Positions 1 to 10,794 of a stretch of 64,000 bases of DNA are shown piece by piece. Position 1 is the first letter of the stretch. The number at the start of each line of letters is the position of its first letter. Origin of the DNA: Octopus sinensis. Its lineage: Eukaryota. The position numbers and the translations under genes are program-made. The stretch is from assembly GCF_006345805.1 (NCBI RefSeq), contig NC_043007.1, positions 60,512,001 to 60,576,000 on the forward strand, in the 5' to 3' direction. Below the pieces are notes generated by a model. That model searched no databases and was not told the DNA's origin. It was given only the letters and a program-made list of their open reading frames with translations.

Positions 1-74
1 GAAGAAATCCTATATTGTAGATTTCTATAAGAGACAAAGGGAGGCAAATGAAATCTGCCTTTTATAATAAGAGA
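1..74 (-). mobile_element. 5' terminus of non-autonomous Helitron-like repeat (A^TCTCTTATTATAAAAGGCAG...)
   Basis: The reverse complement starts with TC after A and matches the repeat at 2897-2990. Confidence 0.5.
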
Positions 75-159
75 TTGTTTTGAATTAGTCATGCATTATC
101 TTATTGTATTAAAATTTCAATGATGTACTTGCTTATTTTTAGTATGACATTGTAGGGTA

Positions 160-1010
160 AGTGTGAGAGGCTGAATATGGCCAGTCTGTACATAAAAAAG
201 GTATAACATTAAAGAGAAGTAATTACAGAGGTATTAAATTATTGGATAAGGTCATGAAAATTATGGAATCAGTTTATAGCTCAAGTCATTAGGAAGAGAA
301 TTAGATTACATAAGATGTAGTTTGGTTTTGTACCAGAAAGAAGCATTACTGATACTCTTTTCTTGGTGAGGCAACTGCCTTGTACTCGGCATTTGATGAC
401 TAGGAGAAAGTTTTCAGCAGAGTCCCTTGCTCTATGATCTAATGGTCACTGTGGAAGCTAAGCATAAACAGAAATGAGAGTTAGCAATGATAATAGTGAT
501 TAATGCAGTATGCAGTAGAAGTTCAGCAGGGATCAGTCCTTAGTCCCTTTTTATTCATCATAACAGGGGAACTTAAAATCAGATCCCCATGGGAACTGTT
601 GTATGTTGATGACCTCATTTTCATGGCTGAATCCATAATAGAATTAGAAATAAAATTTCAGGTGTAGAAGCAAAACATAGAATCAAAAAGCCACAAAGTT
701 AACTTAGCAAGGACCAAAATTTTAATAAGTAGGAAAACAGACAGGACTCTTCCATTATGGAAATGATCTTGCTCAATGTGTAAAAAAGGATGTAGGTAGA
801 CATTTCATACAGTGTACCCAGTGCAAACTATGAATACACAAGAGCTGCAGTGGTACCAGAGGCATCAACAGAGAAAGTAGACTTTGTATGTGGCAGATGC
901 ACAGGAGCAATAAACATTAAGAGCAAATGGGAAATATAATTTCTCAAATGCCCAGGTTTCCTAGAAGTAGTAAGTAACTTTTATTATCTAGATGGCCAAA
1001 TTAGCAAATC
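160..1010 (+). mobile_element. Decayed RTE-clade LINE, RT and PHD region
   Basis: Remnants NYRGIKLLDKVMK, QFGF, GSVLSPFLF, PWELLYVDDL, CTQCKL.IHK.CS are homologous to the RTE at 21147-24673. Many stops. Confidence 0.85.
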
Positions 1011-1084
1011 TTTATTTGGTCAGCTTTTTTGTGGCTAAAATCTTTTTATCTTTTACATAATTCATAATTCAGTCATTGGACTGT

Positions 1085-1520
1085 GGCCTTGAGATATTAA
1101 GGAATTTTTTTGTTCCCACTGCTTTCATAGATTCCCATGACTCTCTTTTGCCATCCAAATCCATTATTATGAATTTGAATTGGGAGCTTGAGTCATAGTG
1201 AGTCTTTCATCAGCTGATTACACAACCATGGATGCCACCCCTATGGATGTATTGCAGGTCAATCTATTGACAGAACTTGGTGGTCCTAATCGTTGATCTT
1301 CTAGGATTCCTTTGTTCAGCATCAATGTAAGAAGCACCATTGCTTCAGGTGAGCTCTCCACTACCTCTTCACAAGTCACTATGCTGCAGTCCCATGACTT
1401 CACCATATCCCTGGCAGGGTAGCTGAATAGGTGCTATGTCTTGTCAAAGGGCAGCCCTTAACTATGCAGGGCACGGTTATCCACTCCATGAGGTATTTTC
1501 AAAATACTTACATACCCAAA
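1085..1520. repeat. Unclassified dispersed repeat, copy A
   Basis: Clearly homologous to 63370-63740 (gaatttgaattgggag..tgagtcatagtga...cagtcccatgacttcac...atccctgg). Confidence 0.7.
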
Positions 1521-1799
1521 TATTAAGAATAATTTTGATAATAATATTGCTAATTATCAAAATATAAGGTAATTAGAAGAGAGAAAATATGACCTTGGCT
1601 GATGGCAATACCAATTGCAAAAATAAAATAACCAGTCTGAATTAGAGGAACATTTGATGTTGCAAATATAGAGATGTTGATTAAAGAAAAGAATAGAAAA
1701 TTGCCAATCAAGCTTAAAATATGGCTGGCTCTAAATGTCTGCTGTAACCCAAATAATGAAAATGTTTCTCTTAAACAAATCAACTCCAATACTTTTTTA

Positions 1800-2035
1800 A
1801 AAACCTAGTTCTTATTCTGTGGGTCTCTTTTTGTCAAACCACTAAGTTAGTGGGATGTAAACAAACCAAGAATGGGTATCAAATGGTGGTGAGGGACAAA
1901 CAAAAACATGGTGATATTCACACACACAAATATATATATAAATAAATACATATACATACATATATATATATATTCATTTATTCTTCTACTTGTTTCAACC
2001 ATGTGGCTGCGGTCATGCTAGAGGACCACCATGGT
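1800..2035. repeat. Short interspersed repeat segments with (CA)/(TA) tail
   Basis: The motif ttttgtcaaaccactaagtta...gtaaacaaacc recurs near 10440, 31860, 32390 and 58450. Confidence 0.6.
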
Positions 2036-2039
2036 TTTC

Positions 2040-2735
2040 CACCATTACTTATGATTATCCTTCGATTGATTTCCTCTGGGTGCGGGTTCACATCACTACT
2101 TCTGCATGTGCCTTTGTCCCAGCAGTTGACCCATTTTGTGCATGAGGGAGTTTGACTTTGCTACCCTCATTTGTATCTCATGCTAGGCCATCGGTTCATC
2201 TAGCATTGTGGAGAGAAGGATGTCTAGTTCCTTTTTGAAGACATCTATGTCCACATTATGTAGATCTTTTAATTTTTGTGACAGGGTATTGAAGAGCTGT
2301 GGGCCTTTGAACCCTAGGCTATTGCAGTACTTGGTCCCAAATTTAGATGGAGAAGATAGTATCTTTTGTACAATACAACAGCATCCAATTCTGGCATTTG
2401 TATAACACTCAATGCTGAACTTAGGTACTTGGCTTTCTCAAGTTTTCTATATGTAGATTATTACATATCTGTTGTACCTTTGCTCCACAGAGTAGAGTCG
2501 TAGTTATTTTCAGCCTCTCCCTGTAACTCATCTGCTGCACTTTACAATCTTTTTTAGTGTAGCGATGTTGGACTGCTTCAAGTTCTATGTGATGACCATA
2601 GCTGAGAGCAGTAGTTCAGGTGGCTGAGAACAAAGGTCCTCTACAGGATCAACATAACTTCTTGGTTTCTTGTCTTGAAGAACCTTAGTATCCATCCTGC
2701 CAGTTGTCCACACTTTGTTGCCATCTTGGTAATGT
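2040..2735 (-). mobile_element. CR1/L2-group LINE 3' fragment (post-RT region)
   Basis: The minus strand gives the remnant WERLK.LRLYS...KYCNSLGFKGPQLFNTL...VDIDVFKKELDILL. Confidence 0.7.
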
Positions 2736-2815
2736 GCATATGTATATATATATATATATTGCCCATATTTATAAATACATGCACACACACACATATATAT
2801 GCACATGAATATACA

Positions 2816-2855
<40 letters not shown>

Positions 2856-2896
2856 CATACACACACACACACATATATGCATATCTTCTCTTCTTA

Positions 2897-3440
2897 TCTC
2901 TTATGATTTCTTATGATAAAAGGCAGATTTTCTCTGCCCGTTCCCATGTTCCTTTTTAATACAATTCTACAATATAGAATTTCTTCAATTGGAATTTACC
3001 TACGATTTTTACAAGTAGATTCGATTGGGTCATGGCATATAAAGTTTTTTCAATTTGACCCCCAATTAAGCAAAAATTCGAGAAAAGTAAATATTTTATG
3101 ATTTGCCTCTCTAATTTCAACTACTTCACTCATGCTATTACCATAATTTCTCCTACTTTCTCTTTGCAAGTGTACCTTAAACCACTACTCAAAAAAAATA
3201 CAGAGCAAACAGAAACAAATAACTACATAACGATTTACTCCTCACACAATTTCTTCAATTGGAGTTTACCTATGATTTTTCCAAGTACATTCCATTCAGT
3301 CATGGCATATCAATTTCTTTCAATTTCACCCCCAATTAAGCAAAAATTTGAGAAAACTCAATATCTTACGATTTCCCTCTCTCACTTCAAAGGCTTTACT
3401 CCGCCTATTACCACACTTACTCCCACTTTCTCTTTACACA
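2897..3440 (+). mobile_element. Helitron-like 5' end with internal ~270-bp-period direct repeat (2981-3165 / 3251-3435)
   Basis: A^TC start at 2897. Two diverged copies of ttcttcaattgga...ccccaattaagcaaaaatt...actttctcttt, offset 270 bp. Confidence 0.55.
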
Positions 3441-3500
3441 CATAGACACGCAAACATACATATATGACAGTGTCAATTGTTGAAAGAAAATTGTAAGCTA

Positions 3501-3535
<35 letters not shown>

Positions 3536-4332
3536 TGTGTGTCTGTGTGTGTGTGTGTGTGTATCTGTGTGTGTGTAACAGGGATGAGCCATTAATACTG
3601 GTCATCCTTTTTGCTAGAGGAAGATCCGCTATGGTCTTTATATGCTACACCACTGGTTTTCAATTCATATTAATCAAATTAATATTAAATTTTTCACCCT
3701 TATTATGTGTGTGTGTGTGTGTGTATTAGCAATTCGTATAAAATTGCATCAATGACTTGAATTTGAATAAGTGGTTTCACATAAATGGGGATAAATTAAA
3801 AAGGTTTGTTGTTATTATTATTACTGTTTGACTATTGTAATCACGTTTGTTGGTTCCTCGTCAGGGAAACGTTGTTGTGTTGCATTTGTTAAATAATTGT
3901 AAACCGTAACCCTCCTCCTTTCGGAGAAGGGGCTTTGGTTATTGTTTAAAAATTTAATTGTGTCCCTGTTTGGGGAAATTGACAATATTTTCACCGTTTT
4001 TACAGGAGCATTTTTGTTAAAATGCCTTCGATAGAAGAAAGTCCAAAAATGAATTTTGCTGCAGCCGTACACAAGAGGGAGGACAAGATCCAATTCATTG
4101 AAATTGCAAGAGACGGGCCTACAATTCCAGTCTGGTATATATTTTGAGTATTGTTATCACTAGCGATATCAAGATATAACTTTGTATTTTGTATTTTGTG
4201 TAGATGTATATATATAGATGTACATGTAATATGTACACATATATATACAAATATATACATGCATAATATATCTACCCATACACACACACGCACACACACA
4301 TACATAGGGGCAGATGTGGCTGTGTGGTAACA

Positions 4333-6692
4333 AACTACGTTTGAAGATACTGTACTTGATATGGGCGGTAGTGCCTTGCCGGTCTATGGCCTACCTTCAA
4401 CAAACCGGGAAGGCACAAACACTCTGTCTTCACATTTGCTGCGTGAGACATGTTTTAATGTTGACGAGCTTGCCGGGTACATAGCTGACAATGAGCCAAA
4501 GCTCCTTCCAGAACAGAAGTTCGCTTACAACTGCGTTGTTAATTCAGTCCGGGCCAAAGCTGGGGGGATTTTTTTCCTGGACGCTCCTGGGGGCACTGGG
4601 AAAACTTTTGTCAATAAATAATATTGGCTGAGATTAGGCGAACACAAGGCATTGCCCTAGCTGTGGCATCATCTGGAATTGCGGCTACTTTGTTGCCAGG
4701 CGGCAGGACAGCTCACTCCACTTTCAAGCTCCCGCTTGACTTAGCGAAGACTGAGACACCAACTTGCAACATCAGTAACAGCTCCGATCAGGCAGAAGTC
4801 TTCAGACGATGCAAGCTTATCGTTTGGGATGAATGCACGATGGCCCACAGAGGTGCTCTTGAGGCACTAGATAGATCTCTCAGACATCAAACACTCTTCA
4901 GCTTCCATGGGAGGCATAACACTTCTTCTTTCAGGGGACTTCCGACAAACACTTCCCGTTATTCCCAAAGGGACTACAGCTGATGCAGTAAGTGCGTGTC
5001 TTAAGTCATCCACATTGTGGCCACTGGTGAAGACTCTCAAACTTCACACCAATATGCGTGCTCATATGCGACGTGATATCACATCAGCAGCATTTTCTCA
5101 CACCCTCCTTGCACTTGGCGAAGGCAAAATACCAGGGGATGAAAATGGTAATATTGCCATCGATTCCATTTGTACCATTCTTAAAATGCCTTCTGATCTC
5201 AGAGATGCAGTGTTCCCAGATCTACAAGCTAATTATCAGAATATGGATTGGATTGGCCAAAGGGCTATTCTGGCCCCGAGGAATAAAACTGTTCACCATA
5301 TTAATGATGAAATGCTAAAACTCATTCCTGGGGATGTCTATGTATATAAGTCTATCGATACAACTCCTGACCCAGAGGACGTCATCAACTATCCAATAGA
5401 GGTACTCAATTCCTTTGAGCCCCCCGGACTACCACCACACATTCTCAAACTTAAAGTTGGTGCCCCTATAATGCTCATTAGAAATTTGGTTCCCCCAAAA
5501 CAATGCAATGGCACACATTTGATCGTTAAGTCCTTATCTCCCAATCTGATTGAGGCCACCATTATCACAGAGTGCGGTCGAGACAACGTTGTGCTCATAC
5601 CTAGGATGCATCTTTTCCCATCAGGAGCAGACCTACCTTTCATATTTCAGAGGTCCCGGTTCCCAGTAAGGCCATGCTTAGCAATGTCAATTAACAAAGC
5701 GCAGGGTCAAACACTGTCTGTGGCGGGAATACATTTGGGAGAGCCATGTTTCTCTCATGGTCAGCTTTATGTTGCCTGCTCGCGTGTTGGCAGCAACAGT
5801 GATGCTTTCGCATTCATTCCATAACGAAAAACAAAAAACATTGTGTACAAGGAGGTTTTATAGGATTACTACGTTTCATCATTTTCGAACACGTTAGTAT
5901 TTCACTTACATACGACTCTCTTTTATGATGGCATTTACATTTCATGACATTAATTCACACTTAACCAACACCTGTCCTTCGCTCACCTCTATTTCTATCC
6001 ATTCATCATCAAACCACCAGCCTCATCTTCTATATCCAACGTACATGACACATCTACCCCCTACATCTACACTCTCACTGTTAAAGTTTACATAAGCGAC
6101 AACACGATCGCAACATACATTTTGGAAACTAAGCAACAGATCATTTTATACGACAAATTTAATCATAACGCCCATCAATGAAAACATCTCCACCACTGTG
6201 TTGTGATTCATCTAATCAGCACCACTACAGTCTTGCCGATATGACATATGGTGAGTAGATGCTATTGTTCTATATTTTATAAATTACCCATATTTACTTA
6301 CCCATGCTTCATTCCCCTCTTGCCTACATAGGGCATCCATTCTCTTTTAACACAGCATGAAGTTTTGTAACAGCACATCCGCTGCCGTTCATGGAAAAAC
6401 GAAGAGACCCTATTCACCTGCGAACGTTTTACACCACCTTCCACGACTATCAAATTCTTACAATTATGAGAACAATAACATCGCTCTTTTCAAGGCAACC
6501 TCGCATTCAATTCTTACACCATTCTACGAGGGGGTAGGAACCCCTTTACACGGCTTTCTATACACTTACAAATACATTCATTCACCGTAAACTTATACCA
6601 ATATTTGCCTGAATAATCATCATAATTCAGTGCAATCATTAACAGTACTTTCAAGCAATTCAGCCCTGAGTATCGCCGGGCAATTCTGCTAG
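4333..6692 (+). mobile_element. Helitron remnant: Pif1-type helicase C-terminal half and canonical 3' terminus
   Basis: Motifs FFLDAPGGTGKTF, LLPGGRTAHSTFKLP, LIVWDE, GDFRQTLPV, AMSINKAQGQTL, FSHGQLYVACSRV and KNIVYKEVL. The 3' hairpin gccc...gggc (6663-6681) is followed by CTAG (6689-6692) and T. Confidence 0.92.
4361..5861 (+). pseudogene. Helitron Rep/Hel helicase pseudo-ORF split by stop and frameshift (ORFs 4361-4621, 4624-4983, 4907-5824)
   Basis: SF1B helicase motifs are spread over three ORF pieces, and the Rep/HUH domain is absent. Confidence 0.88.
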
Positions 6693-6984
6693 TACATAAT
6701 AAAAATATATTTATACTCATATATGGAGTGTGTGTGTATATATATATATATATATAAGAAGAGGAACCATGGCCAATGAGGTGTATCCAAGGCATGGTTA
6801 TTGCTAGTTGCTGGTTGATGACATATACTAGAACATTTTAGAGACAAACTTTAGAAACACCAAATGTGTTGGTATTTTATAAACAAGAAAGTAAATTTCA
6901 AAAGTGGTATAGCTGCAAAAACAGCAGAGAAAGATTGAAGAAAACAGCAGAAGACAGAAAAAAATTGCCAGCACGAAAGTATGG

Positions 6985-7052
6985 GAATTTACACCCTGTA
7001 CCCCTCAGAAACTGGCTGAGTGCTCTAGCCATTAAGCTAAGTGGCCCCTAAC
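6985..7052 (-). mobile_element. tRNA-derived SINE head
   Basis: The reverse complement GGGGCCACTTAGCTTAATGGCTAGAGCACTC...GGTGTAAATTCC has an A box (TAGCTTAATGG) and a degenerate B box. Confidence 0.5.
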
Positions 7053-7149
7053 AACAATTACTGTCAATTTTAATGTTAAAGACACATACATGCACACACA
7101 CATATATGTATACATACACACATATGCATACATACACACACACATAAAT

Positions 7150-7310
7150 GATGAGCTTCTTTCAGTTTCTGTCTATCAATTACACTCAAAGGGCTTTGGT
7201 TAGCCCAGGGCTATATAGTAGAAGACACTTGCCCAAGGTGCCACACAGTAGGATTGAACCTGGAACCATGTAGTTGGGAAGCAAACTTCTTACCACATAG
7301 CCATGCCTGG
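7150..7310 (-). mobile_element. tRNA-related SINE (family starting ggcatggctgtgtggtaagaag...)
   Basis: Other copies lie at about 8915-9040 (+), 31645-31815 (+), 43520-43690 (-), 58560-58710 (-) and 59095-59215 (+), usually ending in microsatellite. Confidence 0.75.
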
Positions 7311-7579
7311 ATGTATTTCTTTCAGAGAGCATTGCAATGTTGGTAAGTATATAACCTCCTGTTCCTATCCTGGAGGTGGGCAACGTCAGTGAACATGTTG
7401 GCTAATGTTCATACGACTTCTCATTTGCTTTGATTTTGTAACATCTACATATTTTTCAGTAAATGATGTATGCCTCTGCCCTGTTATGCCTGTGGTTGTA
7501 TGTGGTCTTTGCTAGCTCCCATCATCTGGAGATAATGTGATTGATTTTTCTCCAAATTTTCCATAGATTGTGCATTACC

Positions 7580-8110
7580 TTATCACTGTACGTTTTCTGT
7601 AGTTGAAACTGTCGCCTCGTATTCCATAAACAAATGCCATCACCAAGAAGGCGCCAACCTATTTGATGGACTTGGTCAACATGCAAATACAAGGCCCCGG
7701 ATGTTAAATGAGTAAAACGAAAACGAGGCTTTCAACCGGCAAATTCAGTTTACGAAATGCTTTCGTCGCCCATTTTTAACTTTAACGGAAGGAATTCGAT
7801 ATGTATTTATTGAGATACACATATATATATCTATGTACATATCGATAAATATGTATTTATTTACTTCATGTACACGGCTTATTCCTTTTCAAAGCTTCCC
7901 TGGCTGTTTTATTTCTTTTATGCTCACGTATATAGTTATATATATATATTAATAAAAGATATAAATAGTCACAGAAGTATGAGGTGTACCTGAATTGTAA
8001 AATTCTCTTTCTCTCTCTCGCTTTCTCGTCCACATATATATATCCTTTCGTTAAAAAAAAAAAGACTTGTGCGATACTAAAGCGAATTTGCCTGTGAAAA
8101 TTTCTCATTT
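7580..8110. promoter_or_regulatory. CpG-enriched, non-repetitive segment; candidate promoter / non-coding first-exon region
   Basis: Many CpGs compared with CpG-depleted flanks. Lies about 6.5 kb upstream of the ATG exon, which itself has a splice acceptor and so needs an upstream exon. Confidence 0.35.
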
Positions 8111-8434
8111 CGTAGTAATATTTCGTATTCTTATCAACAAACGGAAACTTCATATTCTAAGTTGATAAAATAAGTAGCAGCCAAATTCTGTGATCAATTT
8201 AATCGATTAATCTCACTCCCAAGATTGAGACTTTGTGCCTATGTTAAAAACCAGGTAATTGTGCTGTTTACATATAGAAAATAACATGTTTGACTTTAAA
8301 TTTGGATTGGTCTTAAAAACTTATAATTTTGCAAACATTTTCATCTTTTTTCTTGCATATGATACTCATTAACACCTGGATTTTCACAAAAAAATGGTAA
8401 TAGTGCGCCCTAACATGAACGGACTAAGTATGTC

Positions 8435-8468
<34 letters not shown>

Positions 8469-8508
8469 TTATGCGCAACTCCATTGTCTCCCGAGACAAA
8501 AAGGATGC

Positions 8509-8553
<45 letters not shown>

Positions 8554-8652
8554 ATCAAAAAAGGGGGGTCGAATTAATTAATTATTAATAAATTCGACCA
8601 AGCAGTATTCGGTATGTAAAGACCATTTACGGTTATATATATATATATATTA

Positions 8653-8782
8653 TTTACTGGAGAATCGTTTTTGGGATTACCTGGGTTTCCCGTCCATAAA
8701 ATGTTTAACTTTATGGCGTAGGTTAAACCCTTTACGGACGGGAAACTCAGGGTAACCCCATAAACCGCCCTTCCCCAGTAAA
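8653..8782. mobile_element. Fold-back MITE-like hairpin (~58-bp imperfect arms)
   Basis: tttactgg...ctgggtttcccgtccataaaatgtttaac is inverted relative to gttaaaccctttacggacgggaaactcag...ccagtaaa. Confidence 0.7.
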
Positions 8783-9107
8783 AAAAAAATGACTGCTCTA
8801 CTTCTTGGAGTGTGCTTTTTCTCCGGATTTATGTTTTCTAAAAACGATCCTTTTATATATAAATAAACGCTGCATTACGTTTTTTATTCATTTGTTACAC
8901 CCCATTCTGAAGTAGCTGACACCCGGTTTCTGCCCCACTGCGTGGCACCTTGGGAAAGTGTCTTCTTCTGTAGTATCAGGCCGACCAAAGATTTGTGAGT
9001 GGATTTGGTAGACAGAAACTGGAAAAAGCCGTCGGATATATATAGATTTTCATAATCCAGTCTGCCTTCTAGTGTAACTTCTATACAGAGTAGTAGGGCT
9101 CCAAAAG

Positions 9108-9222
9108 ATCATTTTACCCCGGTTACTAATTTTGACATCCCTGCTATATGTACATGTATATATATGTATGTGTGTGTGTACATAGAGCAAGGATGTCAAA
9201 ATCAGTAACCGGGGTAAAATGA
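9108..9222. repeat. 36-bp inverted repeat pair resembling hAT-type termini (CAGGGATGTCAAAAT), facing outward
   Basis: cattttaccccggttactaattttgacatccctgct versus agcaaggatgtcaaaatcagtaaccggggtaaaatg: 2 mismatches, (TA/TG) spacer. Confidence 0.7.
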
Positions 9223-9750
9223 GTAATTTCTTGATATTGTTTCTCTACCTGTTTGAAATCATTACATTGCAAGCATTGCATCATCTTTAGGAGTAAGAAT
9301 TAGTCAGTATAGCTGATGTTTGGAACATAATCAGGTGACAGGTACCTTTTTTTTTTCAAGAAATTTTTCCTCAAATTTTACCTGGTTGTAATTGAGGTTG
9401 CTAATAAAATATCTGGATAATTTTTTTTTGTTTAGCAATCAGTATTCCTTTCTCTGTTGGATTCCAAGTCATTTTTCCCTGCACTAATGTCTAATTTAAT
9501 GATTTTCACTTTTCAAAAAAATTATGTCTTAAGTGGGGTAAAATGAGCCATGAATAATTTCAATAATTTGTTCTCTTTAACTGCATGGTATGTAAATATA
9601 TCAGGAAGAGAGCCACTCCAGCAGATCGTGCAATGGAGAACATTTCGTGTCAAGTCTTTTGTCTTTTATTTAGTTGACTTCCGTTAATTTCATATCATGT
9701 GCCATTTTCCCCTGAGCCTCTTTCATTTAACCTAGATATTTTCAATTTTT

Positions 9751-9882
9751 ATTGCATTTCTGATCTTTCCTTAGGATGGGTATTGAATTTGTCATCTTTC
9801 CTTAGGATGGGTATTGAATTTCTCATCTTTCCTTTGGATGGGTATTGCATTTCTCATCTTTCCTTAGGATGGGTATTGAATC
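9751..9882. repeat. 31-bp minisatellite, 4 units plus a partial unit
   Basis: Unit attg(c/a)atttctcatctttccttaggatgggt, repeated head to tail with no spacers. Confidence 0.95.
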
Positions 9883-10132
9883 TGTTTCCAAATGTAATTC
9901 TGGAGAATTGAAGAGGCAAACTTACCTTATCTTGGTTGACACATTTTGCCCCAGCCAAATTTGTCTTGTATGCTCAAAGAGAATGGCAATAATTTTTTGA
10001 AATTATGATTAGGTCATGTTATAATGCTTTTAACGCATTTAGAGAAGGTCATTTGCTTAGCTGATATAGTTTTTGTAAGGTTGTGAACATTTGTAGAAAA
10101 TATATTTCTTCTCAAAAGTCAAAAATGCTGTT

Positions 10133-10310
10133 CATGTGACTTTGTGCAGGTAGCCAAAGACAGATGTGGTTGGGCATTGTCCTAGTGGAACACAATCCCT
10201 TTCCTGTTGGAGAGCACTAGCCTCAATTCCTTGATCTTTTCATTCAAATTTGCTAGCTGACGGCAGTACACATAAGAATTGATGATCTCAATGCCTTTGA
10301 AATTTTACCA
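10133..10310 (-). mobile_element. Mariner transposase fragment (DNA.PH region), near-copy of 11795-12000 with an internal deletion
   Basis: ttcatgtgactttgtgcaggtagccaaagacagatgtgg... is shared with the inverted arm at 11795. Confidence 0.8.
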
Positions 10311-10794
10311 GATACTAAGCACCTTATATATGTGTGTGTGTATCATTCTGTCTGTGTGCCCACCCCCACCCACCTTATATATGTGTGTGTGTCGTTCTGT
10401 CTGTGTCCCCCACCACCACTTGATACTTGGTGTTAGTGTGTTTACATCCCCATAACTTAACAGTTCCACAAAAGAGCCTGATAGAATAAGTACCAGGCTT
10501 AAAAAAAAGTATTGGGGCCATTTGACTAAAATTCTTCAAGGTGGTGCCCCAGCATGGCCACAGTCTAATAACTAAAACAAGTAAAAGGTAAAGAGATTAA
10601 ATATATAGTGTAGAAATTGTGTGTGCAAATAGATGTATGACTGCTATTGTTATGTTTTTTGAGGTCCATTAGATTTTCATAATCCAGTCTGCCTTCTATA
10701 CAAAGTAGTAGGGCTCCAAAAGTTCATAATCATGAAATGCATGTAGGAACTATTATATAAACATGTGTTTATCCTTATTTCTCATATATATATA

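Noticed and set aside
2585-3729. ORFs rich in C/V/Y/I/H/T (also 4000-4305 and 59058-59526)
   Set aside because: They are translations of (TA)n, (TG)n and (CA)n microsatellites.
6985-7052. Possible tRNA gene
   Set aside because: Only the A box is good. There is no convincing cloverleaf or acceptor stem, so it is treated as a SINE head.
9751-9882. Regular ~30-bp repeats suggestive of a CRISPR array
   Set aside because: The units are contiguous with no unique spacers, there are no cas genes, and the context is eukaryotic.
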